DNA of 34,663 bases from Candidatus Eiseniibacteriota bacterium (GTDB lineage: Bacteria; Orphanbacterota; Orphanbacteria; Orphanbacterales; Orphanbacteraceae): NCBI GenBank assembly GCA_043809585.1, contig JBDROZ010000069.1, forward strand, positions 62,001 through 96,663. The letters run 5' to 3'. Below, in pieces: positions 1 through 9,400 of the stretch. The notes under the pieces were generated by a model. That model worked only from the letters and a program-made list of their open reading frames with translations, had not been told where the DNA came from and ran no database searches. How positions within the stretch are numbered: position 1 is the stretch's first letter; every line of letters begins with the position of its first letter. Both the position numbers and the translations under genes were made by a program.

Positions 1-1673
1 TGGAGCTTCTTCCGCATGGCAATGGCGTCCTGAAAGAGCCGCTCGGCCTCAGCGTATTCCCCCTGCATCTGGCGAAGAGAAGCAAGGTTATAGAGTCCCG
101 TAGCCACATCCAGATGTTCATCTCCCAAGACGCTTCGCCGGGTGGCCAGGGCCGCCACCAGGTGGGAATCCGCGGAGTCATACAATCCCAGAGCCGCATA
201 GGTGATGCCGATCGTACTGCGCACCGCCGCCTGGATCTCCGGTTGATCGGCCAGCTCCATCTCGACATGCCGGGCGGCCTCGTCCAGGGTCTCTCGGACC
301 GTTACATCCTGCCCCTTTTCCGCAGGATTCACCGAACCCAGCATCTCCTGGAGGAATGTGTTGATCCTCGCGACTTTCAAAGCCTCACTCACCGCCCTCT
401 CTCTCGCACTTTCCGCCCGGAAGAACATCGTCGTACTGACTCCCAGGCCGATCGCCAACGCCGTGATAATGGCGACGAGAGAACCGACCGCCCGCTTGTG
501 CCGCCGGATCAACTTCATCAGGCGGTACGTCGTCCTGGGCGGCCCCGCCACTACAGGTTCATCCCGCAGGTAGCGCTCGATATCGAGCGCGAGCTCCGAT
601 GCCGACTGATACCGTCGGGATCGATCCTTCTCCATCGCCCGCATGATGATCCAGTCCAGCTCACCGCGGACCCGCCTGGCAAGCGCTGAAACACTGGTCT
701 TCCGCCCGTTGGCGACATCGACCGCCCGATCGCCAAGCGCGCTTAACCGAGAGCTCGGCTTCGGCGGCTCGTCTTCACGAATGATTCTTCGTATCTCGTC
801 GTACCCTGCCGCCCGAAGCGCGCCTGATTCGAAAGGGAGCGCGCCGATGAGAAGTTCGTAGAGCAGCACTCCGAGAGAGTAAACGTCGCTCGTCGTGTCC
901 ACATGAAGTTCGGTCAAATCCGCCTGCTCCGGACTCATGTACTCGGGGGTTCCGACGAGCTGTCCTTGCGCCGTGAATACGGTACACCCGGTGCGGATCG
1001 GGCTCGTGGCCTTCGCCACCCCGAAATCGATAACCTTCGGGATCGGGTTTCCGTTCTGGAGTGAAACGAGAATATTCGAGGGCTTGATGTCCCTGTGTAT
1101 GATCCCCTTCTGGTGCGCATGGTGGATCGCCTGGCAGACCTCGCCGAAAAGTTCGAGGCGCTCCCGGGTCGATAGACGGTTCGTATCGCAGAATTGGGTT
1201 ATGGGAACGCCTTTGACATGCTCCATCACGAAGTACGGACGGCCCTGTTCGGTGGCACCCGCGTCATGGATCTTCGCGATGTTCAAATGGTCCATCATCG
1301 CCAGAGCCTGGCGCTCCGACTCGAACCGGGCGATCACCTCCTTCGTGTCCATTCCCAGCTTGATAATTTTGAGGGCGACCTTACGACGAATCGGCGCCGT
1401 CTGCTCGGCCAGATAGACTTCGCCCATCCCGCCGGCCCCGAGAACCTCGAGGAGGCGGTACTTGTCGATCATGCTGCCGACCAGGCCGGGTGTGGCGCCC
1501 AAAGGCAAAGGGCTGGCTGAGCCTGGATCATGCGCGATGAGGCGGAGCACTTCGCTGACCAGACTCTCGTCGCCTCCGCACTCCTTTCTCAGAAACGCCT
1601 CACGTTCTGTTTCCGGTAGACCGGCGGCCCTGTGAAAGAGATCGGTGATTCTCTGGTGGCGCTCCGTGTCCAC
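1..1673 (-). CDS. Hanks-type Ser/Thr protein kinase with TM segment and C-terminal TPR repeats (3' end runs off window)
   Basis: Missing from the ORF track because no stop falls in the window. Manual translation from GTG at 1673 (GGAGAG upstream) gives MDTERHQRITDLFHRAAGLPETEREAFLRKECGGD, then GAGGMGEVYLAEQ, HQKGIIHRDIKPSNIL, KVIDFGVAK and GTPEYMSPEQA. A hydrophobic stretch (LVAIITALAIGLGVSTTMFF) follows, with TPR-like QGEYAEAERLFQDAIAMRKKL at the window edge. Confidence 0.93.
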   Translation of the reverse strand, partial: MDTERHQRITDLFHRAAGLPETEREAFLRKECGGDESLVSEVLRLIAHDPGSASPLPLGATPGLVGSMIDKYRLLEVLGAGGMGEVYLAEQTAPIRRKVALKIIKLGMDTKEVIARFESERQALAMMDHLNIAKIHDAGATEQGRPYFVMEHVKGVPITQFCDTNRLSTRERLELFGEVCQAIHHAHQKGIIHRDIKPSNILVSLQNGNPIPKVIDFGVAKATSPIRTGCTVFTAQGQLVGTPEYMSPEQADLTELHVDTTSDVYSLGVLLYELLIGALPFESGALRAAGYDEIRRIIREDEPPKPSSRLSALGDRAVDVANGRKTSVSALARRVRGELDWIIMRAMEKDRSRRYQSASELALDIERYLRDEPVVAGPPRTTYRLMKLIRRHKRAVGSLVAIITALAIGLGVSTTMFFRAESARERAVSEALKVARINTFLQEMLGSVNPAEKGQDVTVRETLDEAARHVEMELADQPEIQAAVRSTIGITYAALGLYDSADSHLVAALATRRSVLGDEHLDVATGLYNLASLRQMQGEYAEAERLFQDAIAMRKKL

Positions 1674-1683
1674 TCAAGCTCTC

Positions 1684-2283
1684 CTACGGCTCCAGTTGGC
1701 TCCGAAGCCAGGCGATGGAGAAACGAATCTCGTTCTTCACGGTCTTCTCGGATACATCGATCGTCTTCGCGATTTCCCGAATGCTGAGCCCTCCGAAAAA
1801 GCGAAGGTCGATGATCCGGGCTTGTCTCTCGCTCGTCCTTTCGAGCCGCCCGAGGGCTTCGTCGAGGTCGATGAGATCGAAGTCCAGGCTCTCACCGATT
1901 CTGCCGTCGATATCCTGAAGACTGAGTACGGTGACCCCTGACCCGCGCTTCTGCGCCTTTTTCCGGCGCGCATGATCCACGAGAATCCGGCGCATGGTTC
2001 TCGCCGCCATCCCTAAGAAATGAGGCTTGCCCTGCCAGTTCAGCCGGTCGAGCCCGACGAGGCGGATATACGCCTCGTTGACGAGAGCCGTCGGTTGGAG
2101 GGTGTGGTCAGGGCGTTCCCCCCGCATGTATTGGACCGCCATCGCATGAAGTTCCCTGTAAAAACATCGGAGTAGCTCGGAGGTGGCCTCATCGTCCTTG
2201 GCCTGGAACCGGCGGAGAAGGCGACGGATTTCATCCGGGGTGGACGATTCTCCCTTTGGCGAGGTCACAGTCTCATCTTCCAT
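1684..2283 (-). CDS. ECF sigma-70 factor of the Ser/Thr-kinase-associated type (ECF43-like / TIGR02999-like)
   Basis: 199 aa with the signature HTLQPTALVNEAYIRL and MRRILVDHAR. Region 4 reads IIDLRFFGGLSIREIA. It lies directly upstream of the kinase. Confidence 0.93.
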   Translation of the reverse strand: MEDETVTSPKGESSTPDEIRRLLRRFQAKDDEATSELLRCFYRELHAMAVQYMRGERPDHTLQPTALVNEAYIRLVGLDRLNWQGKPHFLGMAARTMRRILVDHARRKKAQKRGSGVTVLSLQDIDGRIGESLDFDLIDLDEALGRLERTSERQARIIDLRFFGGLSIREIAKTIDVSEKTVKNEIRFSIAWLRSQLEP

Positions 2284-2292
2284 CGCAATAAT

Positions 2293-2321
2293 AGTTTAGA
2301 CTGAAGCGCCCCCAGCGTCAA
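2293..2321 (-). promoter_or_regulatory. Sigma70-type promoter of the ECF-kinase operon, near-leaderless
   Basis: Minus strand TTGACG-N17-TAAACT, 9 nt upstream of ATG 2283, with no Shine-Dalgarno sequence. Confidence 0.6.
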
Positions 2322-2457
2322 GCGAGACAGGAACGGCTCGCTCCGGTCTCATCAACGCCGCAAAGCAGAAGGTTCAAAAGGAACTACCCGATTCCCCGAT
2401 ATCTTGCGCCTTACATGATGAAAAGGCGAGATAGCCATACCCAGTAAGGAGGTTCCC

Positions 2458-4471
2458 ATGTTCGCTCGAAATCGTTTCCTGTTCCTCTTGCCCGTTCTGT
2501 TGATCTGTTTCGCTCCACGGGTGGAAGCCGTTTCTCATATCTGGAGCCATGGTTTCGGCGCGGCGGAGCATGAAAGCGGCAAGTGCGTGGCCATCGACAG
2601 CTTGGGGAACTCGGTGGTCACGGGCCACTTCCGGGGCCCCGTGGATTTCGGCGGTGGCCCGATCACGAGCGCCGGTTTCGACGACATCTTCGTGGCCAAG
2701 TTCGATCCCCTCGGAAATCACGTATGGAGCCACGGCTATGGAGGGTTGGGGAGCTACGACAGGGGTAACGGCGTAGCGGTGGACCTCTTGGGAAACGTCC
2801 TCGTCACGGGGCAGTTCCGGAACACTGTCGACTTCGGTGGCGGGCCGCTTACGAGTGCAGGCGGCGACGACATTTTCGTGGCCAAGTTCGACCCGAACGG
2901 CAATCACCTCTGGAGCAAGCGCTTCGGTAATGGTCAAGATCAAGAAGGGTTGAGCATCGGCGTCGACGATTCAGGGAATGTCCTCGTCGCTGGATATTTC
3001 TTCGGCACCGTCGACTTCGGTGGGCTGGGGTTCTGGAGCGCCGGCCTTGATGACATCTTCGTGGTCAAGTTCGATCCGGACGGTAATCATATCTGGAGCA
3101 AGAGCTTCGGCAGCGCGGGCTCGCAGAGCATGGACAATATTGCGATCGACGGTTCAGGGAACCTCCTCACCACCGGTTCGTTCCATGTGGACGTCAACTT
3201 CGGTGGAGGCGTGCTCAACAGTGCGGGCGACTTGGACATCTTCGTGGCCAAGTTCGACGCGAGCTGTAATCACATCTGGAGCCGGAGTTTCGGTTCGGAA
3301 TACGAGGATGAAGGTAAAGGCGTGGCCGTCGACGATTCGGGGAACGTTCTCCTTACGGGCAATTTCCATGATGCGGTGGATTTCGGAGGCGGACCGCTGA
3401 CGAGCGGGGGGGGGAACGATATCTTCATGGCCAAGTACGATCCGAGTGGCGTCCACCTCTGGAGCCAACGTTTTGGCGACTCGTACAACCAAGGGGGGGG
3501 CGAGCATCGCCGTCGCCGATTCGGGGAAGATCGTCATCACGGGCGGAATGTTGGGCTCCGCGGACTTCGGCGGTGGGACGCTCACGAGTGCGGGCGGCAA
3601 CGACATCTTCATGGCGCAGTTCGATCGAAGCGGTGCCCATCTGTGGAGCGATGTCTTCGGAGATTCCGACCTTCAGGCCCCCTGGTACGTTGCCGCCAAC
3701 GGCTCTTCCAATATTCTTGTCACGGGATGGTTCTCGGGTAGCGTCGACTTCGGAGGCGGAGTGCTCACGTGTGCCGGCCCTTACGACATTTTCCTCGTGA
3801 AATTCGGCACGCCCCTGGCCCAGCCGATGGTCGCCCCGGGCGGATACCAGACGGTGGAGTACGCACCCCCCGTTTGGGAGATCGAGGTTGAGTTGATCAA
3901 CAGCGGCCCGGGAAGCGCCAACATGGTATCCGCCCATATGAGTGAAGACCTCACGTGGCTGAGGATCACCGATTCCAATTGCTCTTACGGAAACATTCCG
4001 GAGGGTGGATCAAGCTGGGGGATGAGTGGAGATTCATACACCCTCCGCTTTCTCGACGGTTACCCGGGGGGCGAATTCGACGTCCATCTCGACGTGACCT
4101 ACGAAGATGCCTTGGGCACTCCTTACGTGCTCCAATTCGATCTCGCACTCGATCCGGCCACGACCGGGGTGACTTCGGGCGAGGATGTGGTTCCGGCCTT
4201 TCGTCTCCTCCCGAACCGTCCGAACCCGTTCAACCCGGAGACACGGATCTCATTCGACATGCCGCGGAGCGGGAATGCGGATTTGGTGATCTACAACACG
4301 GCCGGCCGGGTGGTGCGGACCCTGTGGAGTGGGGAACTCCCCGCAGGGCACCATTCGGTTGTCTGGACCGGCGCCAGTGACAACGGGAGGCCGGTTCCTT
4401 CCGGGACCTATTTCTACAGGCTTCGCACCGGCCCGTTCAGTCAGACGAATCGAATGGTTCTGCTGCGGTAG
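2458..4471 (+). CDS. Secreted 7-blade beta-propeller (SBBP-like) protein with an Ig-like domain and FlgD-Ig/T9SS-like C-terminal domain; frameshifted at G8 3493-3500
   Basis: AAGGAGG RBS and a signal peptide. Seven HxWSxxFG...DIFxxKFD repeats are spread across ORFs 2458-3741 and 3446-4471. Removing one G joins them (YNQGGASIAVAD) into ~670 aa. C-terminus: NRPNPFNPET...WTGASDNGRPVPSGTYFYRL...RMVLLR. Confidence 0.85.
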
Positions 4472-4663
4472 CATCATCACGGCTTCGTTGTTTTCCTCAG
4501 GCGGGGGAGTGGACTCTTGTGGGGTTCACTCCACTTCTGGGAGAGCCTCCTGGAGCCGGAGCCGGGGGGCGCTTCCGAGAGTTTCTCCAACGGTCCAGGA
4601 TAGCCTCGTAACGCCTTCACTATACCCCGGCCGCCAGGGAGCGTCGAATTTGTCGATAAACAC

Positions 4664-4693
4664 TTGACCAATACCATTAAGACATATTACGAT
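4664..4693 (+). promoter_or_regulatory. Sigma70-type promoter
   Basis: TTGACC-N18-TACGAT in an AT-rich patch. Confidence 0.5.
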
Positions 4694-4787
4694 TGTGTGT
4701 GGTCGGGTATCCCCTTACCGCGATCACAGGCTGGGGGCTCGGGGCCACGCGTCTCCCGGGTGGCTGCCGGGCAACCAGGCCAAGAGG

Positions 4788-4823
4788 GAAAGGCCCGGTC
4801 AACCCCGGGTCTTTCTGCTATTT
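4788..4823 (+). terminator. Putative intrinsic terminator
   Basis: GAAAGGCCCGG/CCGGGTCTTTC stem (one G-U pair) followed by TGCTATTT. Confidence 0.5.
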
Positions 4824-4867
4824 GCATGCGGCACGGCAGATGGCCGTAGTTTTTAGCCCTCAACAGG

Positions 4868-4876
4868 TGCTATGAT
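4868..4876 (+). promoter_or_regulatory. Extended -10 element upstream of the beta-helix gene
   Basis: TGcTATGAT, ~70 nt before ATG 4948. Confidence 0.4.
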
Positions 4877-4947
4877 GGCTCCGATGCCCGCCGGGTAGTC
4901 TAAGTACCATCCCCGGTTTGTTTGCCTCTTCATCCGCGGAGGTACCC

Positions 4948-6219
4948 ATGCGCCTCGCTGCCCTCCTCTTCGTCATTCCACTCATCTTCACCACAGCCAC
5001 GGCCCGCACCTGGTACATCAATCCGGATGGGACCGGGGATGCACCGACGATACAGGCGGGAATCGACTCGGCGGTGGCCGGCGACATCATCGAACTCGCC
5101 GACGGCACTTTTCGAGGCGACGGGAACCGCGATCTCGACTACGGCGGAAGGAGCGTCACGGTTCGCTCCCAATCGGGAACTGCGGAGATGTGCGTCATCG
5201 ATCCCGAAGGTACCGATACCCAACCTCACCGGGCCTTCGAGTTCCGGTCCGGCGAGACGACGGACGCCGTCCTCTCCGGGGTGCGGATCACCGGCGGCTG
5301 GTGGGACATTGCGCCCTACGGCGGTGGGATACTGATCAATTACGAGAGCTCGCCCACGATTCGCGAGTGCGAGTTCATCCAGAACGTCGGAAGCGCCGTC
5401 CTCTGCTCGGTCGACTGCGAGCCGCTCTTCATCGACTGCGCCTTCATCATGAACGAAGGAACGGGCGGGGGCGGAGTCTGGGGCCGGTGGGCCTCACCGA
5501 CATTCGAGGGCTGTGTATTCATGGAGAACACGGCGGGTAGTGGAGGGGCCTTCCACGGCGACGGGTGCTCGGCGGTCTTCAGGGACTGTGATTTCGTCGC
5601 GAACTCCGCCGCGTCCGCCGGAGCAGTCATGATCCTCGCGAGCCACGGGTTCGAGTTCTACGACTGCTATTTCAAGGACAACTCGGGAGAGCACACGGGC
5701 GCTATCTACCAGCTCATCGGTGTGCTGGTCCTCGATGGCTGTGCCTTCGTCGGGAACCGGGCGGAGGGTTGGGGCGGCGCTCTCACCACAGGGAAGAGCA
5801 CGACCGACACGATCCGGAGCTGCACCTTCGTCGACAACGAGGGGCCCTGCGGCACGCTCTGTCTCGGCGAGTGGGAATACACCGTGGACAACACCATCGT
5901 CGCCTTCGGACGGGGCGGTCCGGGGCTCGCCACGGATTACACCATTACCCTCACGTGTTGCGACATCTACGGCAACGAAGGGGGCGATTGGGTCGGGAGC
6001 ATCGCCGACCAGTACGGCATCAACGGCAACTTATCCTCGGACCCCCTCTTCTGCGATTTGGAACTCGACGACTTCACCCTCCGCAGCGACTCGCCATGTC
6101 TTCCAGGCAATCATCCGGACGGGGCCGACTGCGGGCTGATCGGAGCTTTCGGGGAGGGGTGTGGCTCGACGTCCACGGAGCATACGAGCTGGAGTGGGGT
6201 GAAGGCTCTCTTTCGCTGA
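4948..6219 (+). CDS. Secreted right-handed parallel beta-helix (pectin-lyase-like) protein with C-terminal SWSGVKALFR motif
   Basis: GGAGG RBS before ATG 4948 and signal peptide MRLAALLFVIPLIFTTATA. Contains APTIQAGIDSA...LADGTFRGDGNRD, repeated CxFxxN..GGA units and NLSSDPLFCD...LRSDSPC, ending TEHTSWSGVKALFR. Confidence 0.85.
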   Translation: MRLAALLFVIPLIFTTATARTWYINPDGTGDAPTIQAGIDSAVAGDIIELADGTFRGDGNRDLDYGGRSVTVRSQSGTAEMCVIDPEGTDTQPHRAFEFRSGETTDAVLSGVRITGGWWDIAPYGGGILINYESSPTIRECEFIQNVGSAVLCSVDCEPLFIDCAFIMNEGTGGGGVWGRWASPTFEGCVFMENTAGSGGAFHGDGCSAVFRDCDFVANSAASAGAVMILASHGFEFYDCYFKDNSGEHTGAIYQLIGVLVLDGCAFVGNRAEGWGGALTTGKSTTDTIRSCTFVDNEGPCGTLCLGEWEYTVDNTIVAFGRGGPGLATDYTITLTCCDIYGNEGGDWVGSIADQYGINGNLSSDPLFCDLELDDFTLRSDSPCLPGNHPDGADCGLIGAFGEGCGSTSTEHTSWSGVKALFR

Positions 6220-6417
6220 GAGGCTACCATGGCACGATGCCTATCCCGTCTCTCCCTCGGCATCCTCTGACTCGCCATCACCTACAACCTCGGGGCCGGG
6301 AGCACGAGAGCGGATGGGGAACCGAATACCATAGGGCCATGGTGGAATGTGAAACGCGCCCGTCATCGAGAAACGGGCGCGGGCGGGATGGATCGGGAGA
6401 CGCGTTTAGATAGCGCC

Positions 6418-9400
6418 TTACCTCACGATCACCGACCTCCTCACCACCGTCCCCCGCGCGCTCTCGAGCTTCAAGAAGTACAGGCCGTCCCCCGCTTCGC
6501 GGCCGTCGTCGGTGCGGCCGTTCCAGATGTAGGTGTGGACGCCGGGGGCGTGGTCTTCTCCGGAGAGGATGGTGCGGACGAGGCGGCCCGCCGGGTTGTA
6601 GACGCGGATGGAGACGGGGGCGCTCCGCGGTAGTTCGAAGGAGACGAGGCACTCGCGGGAGAATGGATTCGGCCGGATGGGGAAGAAGGCGAACCTCCGG
6701 CTGCCGGGTCCGCCGAGGCGGTAGAACTCGGCGCGGACGATCGGGTTTCGGTCGGCGCCGTCCGGGGCGGTGCCGCCCCACGTGAAATCAATCTCCGGCT
6801 CGGGACCGCCGCCCCATTTCAGGACGGCGAGGTCGAGACGGGTTCCGCCGCCCAGCACCGGGGCCGACGGGGCACGGTTGTGGAAGAGGAAGACGAAGTC
6901 GTTCCCCTCCTGGACGATTTCGGCGTACTCCGCCTCGCCGAGGGGGCGGGCCGTGAAGGTCGGCGCCGATTTCTCCGGCACGCGAAGCTTCGCCGCCCCC
7001 GCGCGGATGACGCCGGTCCCCTCGAGAGAGACGACGAACGAGTCGGGACCGAGGCCGACCCAAAGCACCGTCTCGTCGCCGGTGCCGGCGGCCCCTTCCG
7101 GCCGGTCGTGGAGCAGGCTGTTTCCCAGAATGGACGGCAGCCCGTCCAGGTCCCCCGGACCGACCACCGCGTCGAAATTCACATCGGGAAGGCCGAGGCG
7201 CATCACCGGCGCCCAGAGAGGTATCCGATCGACCACGTGGTCGGCGAGGGCCGCGAGGTCCCGCTCGTCGAGAACGCCGTCGCCGTTGCAGTCGCCGAGG
7301 GGATAGGTCTTCACGCTGAGATCGACCCGAACCGTGTCCTCCGGCCGCGCCGCGAGATTCGTCCCCACGACCACAACCCCCTCGAAGGCGCCGCTCCCGA
7401 GCTGCGTCGCGAGCACGGCCACCCAGAGGGTCTCCGCCTCTCCGGCGCCGAGGAACCCCGTGTCCGGATCGACGTGGATCCACGGGCTCGACGGCGCCGT
7501 CCACCACCCGAAATCAACCTCGCCGTCGTTTTGGATGATCACGAGGTCCGGGTCGGGATCGGGGATGTCGCTCCCCGACGGGCCGCCGAGAGGATCGTAT
7601 CCGAACCCGACGTTCCGATCCGAAAGGGCGAATCCCTCGATCGGCTCCCGGGTGAAGACGCGGGACGCCGAGAATTCGCCGGCGCCGCATTCGGCGATCG
7701 CCTGCGCCCGCCAGCGGTAGGCGCCGATGGCCGGTGTGAAGGTGATCCCGTAGGAGGTCGCGAAGACCCGAGTGTCGACGAGGGGCGCCTCGAAGTCGAC
7801 GTCCCCTTCCGTCGCCACCTGAACCCGGTACTCCACCGCCCCGATCACCGGGTTCCAACCGAGAACGATCGGCGCGGCGCCGGGCATCGGCGCGCCGTTC
7901 GCCGGCGAGGCGAGGAGGGGAGAGGCCGGGGGCGAAAGGCGCTCGCCCAGGACCGCGCCTCCCGACGAGATGCCGCAGGCGCCGACGGCGCGCACTTCGT
8001 ACTCGTGCGTTCCCGTTCCGGGCCGGTCGGCGTAGCGCGTCACGTTCGGGCCGGCGAGGCCGAGGCTCACGCCGTCCCGGATCACGTCGAAGCCCATCTC
8101 GTCATCGGAGGCGTCGACCCAAGTGACGATCAAGCTGTCGCACCGGTCCGAGGTTGCCACGACCTCTGCGGGGGGTCCCGGCCGTCCGGGAAGCACCACC
8201 CCGAAGGCGGAGGAGGCGGTCGAGATGCCGCACCGGCCCACCGACACCGCTTCGTAGGAATGGCCGCCGCTGTAGGGCGTGTCGACGTAGAACCCCCGCG
8301 CGGCGGGAACCGTGCCGATCCACTCGCCGCTCCGGTAGACCCGCACGCTGTCCCCCCCTTCCGCGCTCTTCCAGGAGAGCCGGACCAGGGCGCACGACGT
8401 GTCGCTCGCCGTGAATAGGGACGGCGCCGCCGGCACGGGTTCGACGTAGCCGATCGTCTGAACCCGATTCGAGGCGCCGCACCCGTTCTCGGCGAGCAGC
8501 TCGTAAAGGTAACCCCCGCCGCCGATCTTCTCCTCGTAGTGAAGAACGTCCGCCGGCAGGGTCGCGATCCTCACGTTGTTCCGGTAGAGCCCGTACGTCT
8601 CCGCCCGCGGCGCGGCGCTCCACTCGACGCGAACGACGGAGCAGAACGAATCGCTGGCGGTGAAGATCTCGGGCGATTCGGGCGCGCCCGGTCGGACGCC
8701 CCCCGTCGCGGTCACCGCACTCGACCAACCGCACGAGTTCCGGGCGCCCATGGAGTAGACGTGGGCGCCCGTGGCGGCGGTGTCCTCCCAGCCGTCCGGA
8801 CCGGCGGGCAACACCGCGACAAGGACCTCGTCCCGGAGGATGCGGACGCTGTCGGCGCCGGCGGGCGCCGTCCAATCCAGACGCACGAGGGCGCACGACG
8901 TATCGCTCGCCGCGAGGCCCGTCACCGGCCCCGGGCTCGCCGGCGTCACCGAACCGTCGGCGACCGTCTCGTCCGACGAGCCGCATTTCCCCCGGGCGAC
9001 GAGAGCGTAACCGTACTCGCCGGGCCCCACCGCGTCGGAGAATGTGAAGCGGTCCGCGGCGAGGGAGGCGATCTTCGCCCCGTCCCTGTAAAGGTCGTAT
9101 CCCGTCGCCCACGGCGTCTCGCTCCAGGCGAGGGCGACGCCGTCGCACCGGCCCCGGCTCGCCGTGAAGGTCTCCGGCGCCGGGAGCACCGGCGGGATGA
9201 CGCCCCCCGAGGCGGTCTTCGGCGCCGACCACCCGCACGGGTTGCCCGCCTCGAGGGAGTAGGCGTACACCCCCGGTGAGGGCGTGTCGACATAGGTGAT
9301 CGCCGACGGCTCGAGGGAGGCGATCAACTCGCCGTCCCGGTAGATCCGGTAGCCGCCGAACGACTCGAGGGAGGGGGACCACGCGAGGCGCACCACGGAG

